A stretch of 64,000 bases of DNA from Bdellovibrionales bacterium (GTDB taxonomy: Bacteria > Bdellovibrionota > Bdellovibrionia > Bdellovibrionales > JAUICD01), in assembly GCA_965203275.1 (NCBI GenBank), contig OZ241865.1, forward strand, positions 736,001 to 800,000, in the 5' to 3' direction. Below are positions 18,312 to 28,695 of this stretch, in pieces; the stretch's first letter is position 1; the number at the start of each line of letters is the position of its first letter. The position numbers and the translations under genes are program-made. Under the pieces are notes generated by a model that saw only the letters and a program-made list of their open reading frames with translations, searched no databases and had not been told where the DNA came from.

Positions 18312-21268
18312 TATCCGGGATCCGGGATCTGGCAACCCGGCAAGCGGGTGTAAGAAGGAGCTTTTTCCTTAACATGGTGTTAAAAGAGGAAAGGATCCTC
18401 CTACTAAAAGTGGTCAAGCTTTCTAGGTTGCCAGCATTTAAGAAGGCGAATAGCCTTCGGCTGGCAACCAGAAAGTGACCAGAGGTCAGACCACTTTTAG
18501 TGAACCAACTAACTCCCTAACCCCACCCACCGCCCTTCGATTCTGCTTTTCCATTTTGTTTGTATGATTATGAGTGGGAGGCGGAGGCAGGCTTCCGAAG
18601 TCCTCAATTGAGCTTGCTCCTTAAAAGCAAGCTCAATTTGCGGAAGATCTTCAGCCTGCCTCCGCCTCCCACTCATAATATTCATGCTTTTTTGAAAATT
18701 ACGCAGAATCTAAAAAAGAATAAAAAAAACAAAAAAAGGAAATTTTTCCTTAACATTTCACTCAAAATAAATCATGCCTCTGTTTCCCTAAAATTGAACT
18801 AGCCTCTGGCTACTTTTGGGCAGTTAGCCCGACGACTGTCGTCGTCGATCAAAGGCTAACTGCCTCAAAAGCCTGTTCAATTTTAGGAAGAAGGATGTCC
18901 CCATTTCTTGACACCATGTTAAGGAAAATATCCTTCTAATACCAGTTAGCCCGACGGCTACTGCCGTCGATCAAAGGCTAACTGCCTAGAAAATTCATTT
19001 ATTTTGAGTAGAGGAGGATCCTTTTATTCCTTTACACCATATTAGGGAAAATTTCTTTTATTACCTCAAGAGCAAGTAGGCTTACAAATGAAACTCTTTT
19101 TCCTTAACATGGTATTTATCTGGGATCTGGCATCCGGGATCTGGGATCTGGGATCCGGGATCCAGCAACCCGGCATCAGGTCCTAAAGCATTGATTGTAA
19201 TGAATTTTTGCATCTAAAAAATTTCCTCCTGAGCCCTTGGCGGGTTTTTAGAAAGGAGGAAATTTTTATGACGATGAAAAAATTCAAAACTTACCAATTA
19301 GCTACTCAATTTTATCGTAATTCTAAAAAATTACATCTGAAAGAGCCTCATAGAAGTCAATTTCGAAGGGCTGTCTCAAGTATTGTACTTAACTTAGCTG
19401 AAGGATCTGCTAAACCTACAGCAAAAGATCGTAGGAAATTTTACTATATTAGTCTTGGCTCTCTAAGAAATCTCAATGAAACTCTTTTTCCTTAACATGG
19501 TGTTAAAAAACGAAGAGATCCTTTCTACTAAAAGTGGTCAGGCTTTCTAGGCGATGACCATTTTATCGATGGCAAAAGCCATCGTGGTCATCGCCAGAAA
19601 GTAGCCAGAGGCCAGTTCACTTTGAGTGAAACAGACCCTTAACATGGTGTTAAAAAATGAGGAGATTCTCCCTACTCAAAATAAATGGATTTTCTAGGCA
19701 GTTAGCCTTTGATCAACGGCGATAAGCCGTTGGGCTAACTGCCAGAAAACATGCCAGAGGCATGATTTATTTTGAGTGAAACAAACCGGCAACCCGGCAT
19801 CAGAAGGAACTGTTTCCTTAACATGGTGTTAAGAGACGAGAGGATCCTCCCTACTAAAAGTAAACGGACTTTTGAGGTAGCCAGCATTTAAGAAGGCGAA
19901 AGCCTTCGGCTGGCAACCCAAAAGTGACCAGAGGTCAGTTTACTTTTAGTGAAAATCAAATGAGACGATGACCATTTTGTCAAAGGCGAAAGCCTTTGCG
20001 GTCATCGTCCAAAAGTGACCAGAGGTCAGTTCACTTTGAGTGAAACAGACCCTTAACATGGTGTTAAGAAAAGAGGAGATCCTCCCTACTCAAAATAAAT
20101 GGATTTTCTAGGCAGTTAGCCTTTGATCGACGGCGGTAGCCGTCGGGCTGGCTACCCAAAAGTAGCCAGAGGCTAGTTTACTTTTAGTGAAACAATGCAC
20201 GTATCTCTGAAAGAGGTTCGTACGGGTAGACGAAGATCACCGAAATTAGATAATAATAGGTCCAACAATAATATATACAACAAAGAGTATATATTTAGGA
20301 TGTTATGCAATGAATTTCTGACCGATCACCTCAAAATTGACCTTCCAGTTCTCTGAAAAGAGTTTGACCTGGTGGATCCATGAAATTAGAAATAGAATAT
20401 TCAAGGAGGGGAAATTTTGAGGGACACAACTCACGTATCTCTGAAAGAGGTTCGTACGGGTAGACGAAAATCATCGAAATTAGATAATAATAGGTCCAAC
20501 AATAATATATACAACAAAGAGTATATATTTAGGATGTTATGCAATGAATTTCTGACCGATCACCTCAAAATTGACCTTCCAGTTCTCTGAAAAGAGTTTG
20601 ACCTGGTGGATCCATGAAATTAGAAATAGAATATTCAAGGAAGGGAAATATTGATAGAAGGAGCTTTTTCCTTAACATGTAGTTAAGAGACGAGAGGATC
20701 CTCTCTACTAAAAGTAAACGGACTTTTGAGGTAGCCAGCCTTTGATCGACGGCGGTAGCCGTCGGGCTGGCTACCCAAAAGTAGCCAGAGGCTAGTTTAC
20801 TTTTAGTGAAACAATGCACGTATCTCTGAAAGAGGTTCGTACGGGTAGACGAAAATCATCAAAATTAGATAATAATAGGTCCAACAATAATATATACAAC
20901 AAAGAGTATATATTTAGGATGTTATGCAATGAATTTCTGACCGATCACCTCAAAATTGACCTTCCAGTTCTCTGAAAAGAGTTTGACCTGGTGGATCCAT
21001 GAAATTAGAAATAGAATATTCAAGGAGGGGAAATATTGATAGAAGGAGCTTTTTCCTTAACATGTAGTTAAGAGACGAGAGGATCCTCTCTACTAAAAGT
21101 AAACGGACTTTTGAGGTAGCCAGCCTTTGATCGACGGCGGTAGCCGTCGGGCTGGCTACCCAAAAGTAGCCAGAGGCTAGTTTACTTTTAGTGAAACAAT
21201 GCACGTATCTCTGAAAGAGGTTCGTACGGGTAGACGAAGATCACCGAAATTAGATAATAATAGGTCCA
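18312..21268. repeat. Modular palindromic repeat cluster 2 (~3 kb), including a truncated four-helix-bundle gene and a 385-bp tandem duplication
   Basis: Multiple A hairpins (e.g. 18402-18502, 19672-19778, 19852-19951), B hairpin ~18507-18745, heptamer runs near 18315 and 19120. Confidence 0.92.
19268..19495 (+). pseudogene. Truncated four helix bundle protein (IVS/Avd-like)
   Basis: Nearly identical to 49660..49965 up to SLGSLR, then replaced by the repeat module AATGAAACTCTTTTTCCTTAAC. Confidence 0.85.
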
Positions 21269-21382
21269 AATAAACTTGCTAAGTAAAATCTCGACCTCTA
21301 TAATAAGTTAATGAATAATGGAATACTAAAAAAGTTTATTTAAGTTTTAATTTAACAAAAGATACAAGAAAGATACATAATA

Positions 21383-22696
21383 ATGAAAGAACTACTTAAA
21401 GACATTAAAGAAGACACATCAAAGGCACTCACTCACTGGAGTGATCTCGACTTGCTTAAAACTCGTGCTGTTTTGTGGTTGGGGGCTATACTTGTAGGAG
21501 CTGTTTCTGCTGGCTTTGCAGTTGTCTGTCATTGGGCATCCAGAACAAATGCCACTTGGTATACAGATAAACCTTATTTGCCTTATATCCTTTTACCTTT
21601 TGGCTTATTGGCTCTACATTGTTTAACAGTTCTTGTGAATCCGACTTGTAAAGGAAGTGGTATTCCTCAGGTTATTGCAGCAGCTAAAGTTTCTAAGTCA
21701 ACACTTTTATCTTGGCATCTTGCCATCACTAAATTCATACTTACTGCTGGAGGGCATCTTGTAGGAGCTTCTATTGGAAGGGAAGGCCCGACTGTTCACA
21801 TTAGCTCTTCTATTTTATGCTCTTTTGCAAAGTATGCTAAGATTGACAAAAAAGACATTGAACAGGGTATTATTGTGGCAGGAGGAGCCGCTGGATTATC
21901 TGCTGCATTTAACACCCCACTTGCAGGGATTGTTTTTGCCATAGAAGAGCTAAGCCGTAAATTTGAAGAAAGAATGAGTTACTTAACCTTAATCACTGTG
22001 GTCATTGCTGCTCTTGTGTCTATGCTTCTTTTTGGTAATCATTCTTACTTTGCTCTGAGTGCTTCAAGTATTGCCATCTCATGGGATCAAGCATCTTACA
22101 TAGCTATTGTCGTAGGCGTGATCTGTGGTTTGTTAGGAGGACTGTTTTCAAAAATTTTGCTTTACTTAAAAACACAGGTACAATCTTTTTCTTCCAATAA
22201 AAATATGATGTTGGCTTTCTTTTGTGGTTTAGTGATCGCTGTTTTAGGTCATATCACTGGTGGCTTTGTTTTTGGTACAGGTTATATTCAAACATTGGAT
22301 ATTTTAAGAGGTGATGCAACACATTCTTCTTTATTTTTTCCTATTGCAAAAATGTTTTCTACATTAGCATCTTACATGAGCGGTATTCCGGGGGGAGTAT
22401 TTGCTCCATCTCTTGCTATAGGAGCTTCTATTGGAGATTATCTTTCTTCAGTTTATTTTGTAGATGTTGTGGGACCTGTAGTAGCCATATTAGGTATGGC
22501 AGCATATCTTTCTGGTGTTGTAGGAGCTCCCATTACATCCTTTGTGATTGTTTCAGAGTTGGTTAGAGATCAATCGATGATTATCCCCTTGATGATTGCC
22601 ACTGTTATTGCAAGTGTGGCTTCTAAAAGTGTTTGTCCACAGCTACTCTATCATACTCTCTCCTATAATTATTACGATAAGCTACAATTAAAATAA
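21383..22696 (+). CDS. ClC family chloride channel / H+:Cl- antiporter
   Basis: GSGIP, GREGP and GGVFAP signature motifs. Confidence 0.92.
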   Translation: MKELLKDIKEDTSKALTHWSDLDLLKTRAVLWLGAILVGAVSAGFAVVCHWASRTNATWYTDKPYLPYILLPFGLLALHCLTVLVNPTCKGSGIPQVIAAAKVSKSTLLSWHLAITKFILTAGGHLVGASIGREGPTVHISSSILCSFAKYAKIDKKDIEQGIIVAGGAAGLSAAFNTPLAGIVFAIEELSRKFEERMSYLTLITVVIAALVSMLLFGNHSYFALSASSIAISWDQASYIAIVVGVICGLLGGLFSKILLYLKTQVQSFSSNKNMMLAFFCGLVIAVLGHITGGFVFGTGYIQTLDILRGDATHSSLFFPIAKMFSTLASYMSGIPGGVFAPSLAIGASIGDYLSSVYFVDVVGPVVAILGMAAYLSGVVGAPITSFVIVSELVRDQSMIIPLMIATVIASVASKSVCPQLLYHTLSYNYYDKLQLK

Positions 22697-22718
22697 GGCT
22701 TTTAAAAGGAGGTTTATT

Positions 22719-23609
22719 TTGAAAAAAACTCAAATTCTTGGAGTTTTTGGAGCTGGTCAGATGGGTCAAGGGATCACTCAAACTGCAGCAAGTTTTGGTT
22801 TTTCTGTTCATTGTTTAGATAGCTCTTTAAAAATGTTAGAAAAGACACAAGCTCAAATAGAAAAAAACCTTACTCATTTAGTAAACAAGCAAAAGATCAC
22901 TCAGGAAGAAAAGGCTCAGACCATCGAAAGAATTCTGTATGTTCATTTCTCTGGCACATTTAATAGGTCATTTTTTAAAAATTATCAAGTGGTTATAGAA
23001 GCCATCACAGAGGATGTTCGAACAAAACTTGAGCTTTTTGCTCAACTTGACAGTTTACTTCCTCCAGAGTCTATTTTATGTTCTAATACTTCTTCAATTT
23101 CTATTACTCGCTTAGCATCGGCCACTAAAAGACCTGATAGGGTAGCTGGTATGCATTTTATGAACCCTGTTCCTGTGATGCGATTGGTGGAGGGCATTCG
23201 AGGATTGCAAACATCTGATGTGACTTTTTTACAAGTGAAAGCACTAGCTGAGAAGATGGGAAAAGTTTTTGTTGAATCTATTAAAGATAGCCCTGGTTTT
23301 ATTGTCAATCGCATTTTAATGCCGATGATCAATGAAGCTTTTTTTGCATTAGACGAAGGTATTGCTTCTGCTAAAGATATTGATGCAGCTATGAAGTTAG
23401 GTTGTCGTCATCCCATGGGGCCTTTGGAGTTAGCAGATTTTATTGGATTAGATGTGTGCTTAGCTATTATGCAGGTATTACATAAAGACTTAGGAGATCC
23501 TAAGTATAGATCAAGCCCTTTGCTTATAAAATATGTAGAAGCTGGTTGGTTAGGTAGAAAGACCCTTAAAGGAGTATTTAACTATGCTGACTCTTTTCAC
23601 TCAAAATAA
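22719..23609 (+). CDS. hbd: 3-hydroxybutyryl-CoA dehydrogenase
   Basis: [44 protein letters not shown]. Confidence 0.92.
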   Translation: MKKTQILGVFGAGQMGQGITQTAASFGFSVHCLDSSLKMLEKTQAQIEKNLTHLVNKQKITQEEKAQTIERILYVHFSGTFNRSFFKNYQVVIEAITEDVRTKLELFAQLDSLLPPESILCSNTSSISITRLASATKRPDRVAGMHFMNPVPVMRLVEGIRGLQTSDVTFLQVKALAEKMGKVFVESIKDSPGFIVNRILMPMINEAFFALDEGIASAKDIDAAMKLGCRHPMGPLELADFIGLDVCLAIMQVLHKDLGDPKYRSSPLLIKYVEAGWLGRKTLKGVFNYADSFHSK

Positions 23610-24256
23610 ACCTTCATCCCTAACCCCACCCACTCTTTTCACTCAAAATGCATCATGCCTCTGTTTCACTCAAAGTGAACTGACCTCTGGTCACTTTCTG
23701 GCGATGACCACGATGGCTTTCGCCATCGATAAAATGGTCATCGCCTAGAAAGCCTGTTCACTTTGAGTAGAAAGAATCTCTTCGTCTATTAACACCATGT
23801 TAAGGAAAAAGTTCTTTCTTACACCTTGGGCATGTTTTTGGGCAATGACCGCAAAGGCTTTCGCCTTTGACAAAATGGTCATTGCCTCAAAAATCTATGC
23901 ATTTTGAGTAGGGAGGATATCCTTGCTTCTGACACCATGTTAAGGAAACAAGACGTTCATATTTTTTTGTTTTTTTATTCTTTTCTAGATTCTGCGTAAC
24001 CTTCAAAAAAGCATGAGTATTATGAGTGGGAGGCGGGGGCAGGCTGAAGATCTTCCGCAGACCCGCTTGCTCCCCAAAAGCAAGCGAAGGTTGAGGACTT
24101 CGGAAGCCTGACCCCGCATTCCACTCATAAAAACATACAAATGGAAAAGCAGAATCGAAGGGCGGTGGGTGGGGTTAGGGAGTTGATTCACTCAAAATGC
24201 ATCATGCCTCTGTTTCACTCAAAGTGAACTGACCTCTGGTCACTTTTAGTGAAACA
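23594..24256. repeat. Modular palindromic repeat cluster 3
   Basis: A hairpins in minus orientation and a B hairpin (~23960-24190, minus); bounded by TTTTCACTCAAAA and TTTTAGTGAAAC. Confidence 0.9.
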
Positions 24257-24257
24257 A

Positions 24258-25013
24258 TCATCGGTAACTTCTTTCTATAAAGCAAGGAATATCTTGCCAT
24301 GCCACAATTCCTGTAGAAGTTTTTAAAGAACCATCAATTAACACTGCCTGATAGTAAGGACTTTTACTGTTGAATGCACAATATTTGTTTAAAGCATTTT
24401 TAATTTCTTCTCTTTGAGATAAAGCTAATTGACAAACAAAAGATTGCGATAAAGCAAAATCAAGCCCTTGTTTTAAAGAAGACAAAAAATGCATTATATC
24501 TTGCTTATGAACCTTGCAAACCTCAGCAGATAAGTGCGTAGCCTTTAATCCTGCAAAGGGTAATTGAGGTGAAGAAAAAATATTTATACCAATACCTATA
24601 AATATTTTTGTTTCTTTTCCCTGTTGAATGATCTCAATTAAAATACCTGCTAGTTTTCCATCTTTTAAATAAATATCATTGGGACTTTTTAAACTTAAAA
24701 CCTTTTGTAATGGCCATGTTTTTAAAAGAGCTTTGTAAAGTACTAAACCCACAAGAGGTGCTAAAATAGGTTGCACAGCTTGAGATACCACAAATATCCA
24801 TGTCGTTGCAATGCTATCCCCATAACCAGAACATATCCATTTATTTTGACCTCTTCCTCGCCCTTTTGTTTGTTCATCTGTAATAATCAAATGCGATCGA
24901 CTTTTTTTAGCATAGTCACTGGTACTCTCTATTTTTTCAATATACTCTGCTTTAAGGTCAGAAATATCTGCCCACTCTTTAATTATTTGGCCTACAGGTT
25001 GTTTTTGATCCAT
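24258..25013 (-). CDS. birA: Biotin--protein ligase
   Basis: STSD, QTKGRGRGQNKW, LKSPNDIYL, KLAGILIE, GIGIN. Confidence 0.88.
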   Translation of the reverse strand: MDQKQPVGQIIKEWADISDLKAEYIEKIESTSDYAKKSRSHLIITDEQTKGRGRGQNKWICSGYGDSIATTWIFVVSQAVQPILAPLVGLVLYKALLKTWPLQKVLSLKSPNDIYLKDGKLAGILIEIIQQGKETKIFIGIGINIFSSPQLPFAGLKATHLSAEVCKVHKQDIMHFLSSLKQGLDFALSQSFVCQLALSQREEIKNALNKYCAFNSKSPYYQAVLIDGSLKTSTGIVAWQDIPCFIERSYR

Positions 25014-25073
25014 GGGCTGTTTTTTCCTACAAAAATTCTATTTTTGTCATTTGTAAACATCTTGCTGAAATAT

Positions 25074-26597
25074 TTAATTACTTGAATTCTTATTTGAATC
25101 GTACTCTGAAAGCAAGCGAGAAATTTCTTCTTTGATTTGTTTTTTAGCCATTTGAGGTAGTTCTTTATTGAGTATTCTCTGGATTTGATTTTGAGCAATC
25201 TTTCTAACCTCTTCTTGAACTAACTGAGCAATTTCTTCTTTGGAATACATTGCAGAAGGATATGATTTTTGTTCTTTAGAATCTCCTGTGATCTCAGGGG
25301 GTAGCGGAAAGCTAATAGGAGTCATTTCTTCTTCCTCCTGAGGTTCTATAAAGTTTATTGTTGTTTCATCTTTGATCGCATCCTCTGTTGAAATATCTAC
25401 TTTGAAAGCGTCAGGAATAACCTTTGATGGTTTTTTAGTACTAGACTTATTAATATTAAGTGTATCTTGAGAAGATGATGATTTTTGTATATCTAAAACC
25501 TTTGCAGGTGGCTTAGATGGTATATCTTTTTTAATGTTTGAAGTATCGGTTGTTTTTAATTTGAGAGTATGAGAGGTATCAGGTGAGGTTTTTGTATCTT
25601 GTTTTTTCTTATAAATATTAGGGCTGACAGCTTTGATATTTTTTGGAGAGGTTGTAGTAGATTTTGTTGAATATGAAGATATAGGCTCTGGAGCTTTTTC
25701 TATTTGAGGTACATCTTTTTTCTTTGATTCTTGTGAATTGATCAAACGCACATCTTCTAAACCAATATCAGAAAAGTCAAGTGTATCTTTTGATGGAGAT
25801 GCTTGTGATGGAGGGGGGTCGGCTTTTTGAGATGACTTTAAAGTATCCGAAGAAAAAAGCTCTACTTTTTTAAAATCTTCTTCCCCGTCTAATTCAGATA
25901 AAGATTTTTGTAATTCTTTGAGTTCTACATCGCTATTAATAAGTCCTTCAGGTTGTTGATTTTTAGTCTCTGTAGATAAATCAGTAGATTTTTCTATCGG
26001 TCCTTTATTTGGATGTTGTTTTTGAGGTAGAACAATTACATTTTGTGAAGTAGCATCTTGTATAGGCATAGAATTTTGTGAGGGTGAACCTTGTTGAGGT
26101 AAATCTTTTATATCAGAGAGTATATCTTGATCTAAATCTTCAATAGCAGGAAGTTGCATTTCTTCTCCCAACTCAGCTAAAGGTGAATCTTCTAAATCAA
26201 GACATTTTGTGACAAGAGATCGTAGCCTTTTTTGTGTAAATGGTTTTTCTAAAATATCATCTGCTTCTGAGTTTTGAAATTTTTCTTGATCAATGCCTAT
26301 GATGCTACTGTACATAAGTATAATAGGAACAGATTTAAAACGTTCATCTGCTTTAAGAGTTTTTGCTACCTCATAACCATTGACTTTCGATAAAAGGGTA
26401 TCTAAAAAAATCAAAGAAGGTTTAAATGAACTAACTATTTCTAAAATATTTTCTTCTAAGGAAAGTGATTTATCACGTACCTGTGATGCATCATCAGGAA
26501 TAAAAGATTGCATTTTCACTGCAAAATCTTTTAAAGAAAGATGAATAGCTTTTGAAATACTCTCACTGTGATCTGCAACTAAAATTCGCAATGCCAT
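25074..26597 (-). CDS. romR: RomR-like response regulator (receiver domain, long low-complexity linker, C-terminal helical domain)
   Basis: N-terminal RILVAD...KPF receiver; C-terminal VRKIAQ...ELPQMAKKQIKEEISRLL resembles the RomR C-terminal region. Confidence 0.65.
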   Translation of the reverse strand: MALRILVADHSESISKAIHLSLKDFAVKMQSFIPDDASQVRDKSLSLEENILEIVSSFKPSLIFLDTLLSKVNGYEVAKTLKADERFKSVPIILMYSSIIGIDQEKFQNSEADDILEKPFTQKRLRSLVTKCLDLEDSPLAELGEEMQLPAIEDLDQDILSDIKDLPQQGSPSQNSMPIQDATSQNVIVLPQKQHPNKGPIEKSTDLSTETKNQQPEGLINSDVELKELQKSLSELDGEEDFKKVELFSSDTLKSSQKADPPPSQASPSKDTLDFSDIGLEDVRLINSQESKKKDVPQIEKAPEPISSYSTKSTTTSPKNIKAVSPNIYKKKQDTKTSPDTSHTLKLKTTDTSNIKKDIPSKPPAKVLDIQKSSSSQDTLNINKSSTKKPSKVIPDAFKVDISTEDAIKDETTINFIEPQEEEEMTPISFPLPPEITGDSKEQKSYPSAMYSKEEIAQLVQEEVRKIAQNQIQRILNKELPQMAKKQIKEEISRLLSEYDSNKNSSN

Positions 26598-26680
26598 ACA
26601 TATATATTAAGCTTTTTAATTTGAGAGTCAAAACAAAAACAATAATAATATTTTACCTTTGTATTCTATATCCTAGGTAT

Positions 26681-27358
26681 TTAAAATTCTTTAAAAGCTA
26701 TAAGTAAGCCTTCTTCTGTAGGTAAAATGGTAGATGTGTACTTTTGAGGATCAGAAAGTCTTTTGTTGAACTGATGCATAGAAGTCCATGCCTCTGAGCT
26801 TATTTCTGTTGATTTGGACTCTTTATAAATATGACCAAATAAATAAGCATTATCTCCTATAATCAAGCCCCCTTTTTTTAAATATTTTTCTGCCCAATCT
26901 AAATATTGAGTATACCCATCCTTATTAGCATCAATAAAAATAGCATCTATAGGGGCATACTTTTCTAACTTTTTCAAAGATTCAAGAGCCGGTCCCTCTA
27001 TGACGTCATAATGACAGGCAGGTTGCATTTCTGATAAAGAGAGCCTTGCAAGATCAGCGTGTTCTTTTTGAATATCTAATGTCCAAAAGAAACCTTGAGA
27101 AGGTAAGGCTTTGACAATCCATGAAGCAGAATATCCAGTAAAAGCTCCTACTTCTATGACTTTTTCTGCTTGAATGGATCTTATGAGGCATTGAAGTATT
27201 TTACCCTCTTGTGGGGTGATCATCATTTCTGGATGAATTTCTTCTGCTCTCCTTTTGGCGTTCAGTTGAGCTTGGTTTTCTTGGCAAAAAAGATTGTGAA
27301 CATACTCAGATCTTGCATGGAAATCTTTAGAATGTATTTGTTCTCGTCTAGCACTCAT
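26681..27358 (-). CDS. O-methyltransferase (caffeoyl-CoA OMT / YrrM-like)
   Basis: VIEVGAFTGYS, IFIDANK, GGLIIGDN. Start moved to 27358 because the longer ORF overlaps the tRNA. Confidence 0.88.
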   Translation of the reverse strand: MSARREQIHSKDFHARSEYVHNLFCQENQAQLNAKRRAEEIHPEMMITPQEGKILQCLIRSIQAEKVIEVGAFTGYSASWIVKALPSQGFFWTLDIQKEHADLARLSLSEMQPACHYDVIEGPALESLKKLEKYAPIDAIFIDANKDGYTQYLDWAEKYLKKGGLIIGDNAYLFGHIYKESKSTEISSEAWTSMHQFNKRLSDPQKYTSTILPTEEGLLIAFKEF

Positions 27359-27373
27359 TTCGGGTCCTTCAAT

Positions 27374-27449
27374 TGGAGCTGACAATAGGAGTCGAACCTA
27401 CAACCTGCTGATTACAAATCAGCTGCTCTGCCAATTGAGCTATGCCAGC
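27374..27449 (-). tRNA. tRNA-Thr(TGT)
   Basis: 76-nt cloverleaf GCTGGCATAGCTCAATTGGCAGAGC...TTTGTAA...GGTTCGACTCC...CCA. Confidence 0.96.
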
Positions 27450-27763
27450 TTTAAACACTATTAAACGTAATTTATAATATCTCATAGTTCATAATACCTG
27501 TCAATGATCAAAGAAAGCTTTGACTTATGATATGGATATGTTATCAGTAAATCAGTGGAATCAACAGGAGGTAACACACAAATATTTTTGATAGATATCA
27601 CAAGAGGATACTAAAAGATTGTAATTATTAGAGTTTCTTGTAATTATGGATAGGGATTATTTGAGTGTTTTCCAAAAATATTATAAAAAGTTTTGCTTTA
27701 GAATATAAATGTATGTTATTCTTTAAAGTAAGGATAAAAGTTTAATTTTAGAGGAGGAATATA

Positions 27764-27982
27764 ATGGCTAGAGATGATCTGGCTCAATTAGAAGGACAAG
27801 TCGTAGATGCCTGTGTAGGAGGTATTTACAAGATCAAGCTAGACAATGATGTTCAAGTGCAGGCTAAGCTTTGTGGTAAAATGCAAAAGTTTAATATTCG
27901 TATTGTAGTAGGAGATAAAGTTACAGTAGGTGTTTCGCCTTATGATCCTACACATGGCTTGATCATGTACCGCCACAAATAA
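27764..27982 (+). CDS. infA: Translation initiation factor IF-1
   Basis: 72 aa, GKMQKFNIRIVVGDKVTV.VSPYD; GAGGAG RBS. Confidence 0.95.
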   Translation: MARDDLAQLEGQVVDACVGGIYKIKLDNDVQVQAKLCGKMQKFNIRIVVGDKVTVGVSPYDPTHGLIMYRHK

Positions 27983-28245
27983 TTCTTAGACCTTTTATGT
28001 CATGTCATTTTTCTTACTAACTTCTCATATCTTCTTTGGAAATGACTAGACCTGTGTCTGTATTCTATTACTATTTTCCTAATTTCTTAGAGATTACCAA
28101 TTCTCATCTTTATGAAAGGTCATATTCTCCCGATATAAAAACAGAGGCTTTACTAAAAACATTTACAAAGAAAAGGAAAGAATCTTGCTTCTGGGATATG
28201 GCAATCAGGCGAGGGTGAGGCAAAAGGATTATCCCTAACCTTATT

Positions 28246-28692
28246 TTTTCACTCAAAATGCATCATGCCTCTGGCATGTTTTCTGGCAGTTAGCCCGACG
28301 GCTACCGCCGTCGTAAAAGGCTGGCTACCTCAAAAGCCTGTTCATTTTGAGTGAAACAACTAACTCCCTACTAAAAGTGGTCAGACAGCAAGCTTCTCTG
28401 AAGCTTGCCATGTAACAACACTAGGTGATGACCATTTGATCGACGGCGAAAGCCGTCGTGGTCATTGCCAGAAAGTGGCCAGAGGCCAGACCACTTTTAG
28501 TGAAACAGAATCTAAAAAAGAATAAAAAAACAAAAAAAGGAAATCTTGTTTCCTTAACATTGTGTTAAGAGACGAGAGGATCCTTTCTACTAAAAGTGGT
28601 CAGGCTTTCTAGGTTGCCAGCATTTGAGAAGGCGAATAGCCTTCGGCTGGCAACCAGAAAGTGACCAGAGGTCAGACCACTTTTAGTGCAAA
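28246..28692. repeat. Modular palindromic repeat cluster 4
   Basis: A hairpins in both orientations; bounded by TTTCACTCAAAA and TTTTAGTGCAAA. Confidence 0.9.
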
Positions 28693-28695
28693 AGG

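Noticed and set aside
18361..18385. dif/Xer site (TTAACAT resembles the XerD arm)
   Set aside because: No XerC arm with a 6-bp spacer, and dozens of copies.
20565..21204. Repeated 60-160-aa ORFs in repeat DNA (e.g. 16218, 18560, 20565, 20950, 38831, 49367, 52623, 52817, 62187, 62407)
   Set aside because: They are translations of the palindromic modules. Substitutions preserve base pairing rather than codons, and starts and frames are inconsistent between copies.
18312..21268. CRISPR array interpretation of the repeat clusters
   Set aside because: No constant 23-47-bp repeat with unique spacers; units are long, structured and mixed in orientation; no cas genes in the window.
27359..27385. 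N-terminal extensions in the ORF track (O-methyltransferase to 27385, DUF366 to 49275, four-helix gene from 19208, dnaB from 50607)
   Set aside because: They overlap a tRNA, repeat DNA or the RBS hairpin, or lack homology-like sequence; downstream ATGs fit better.
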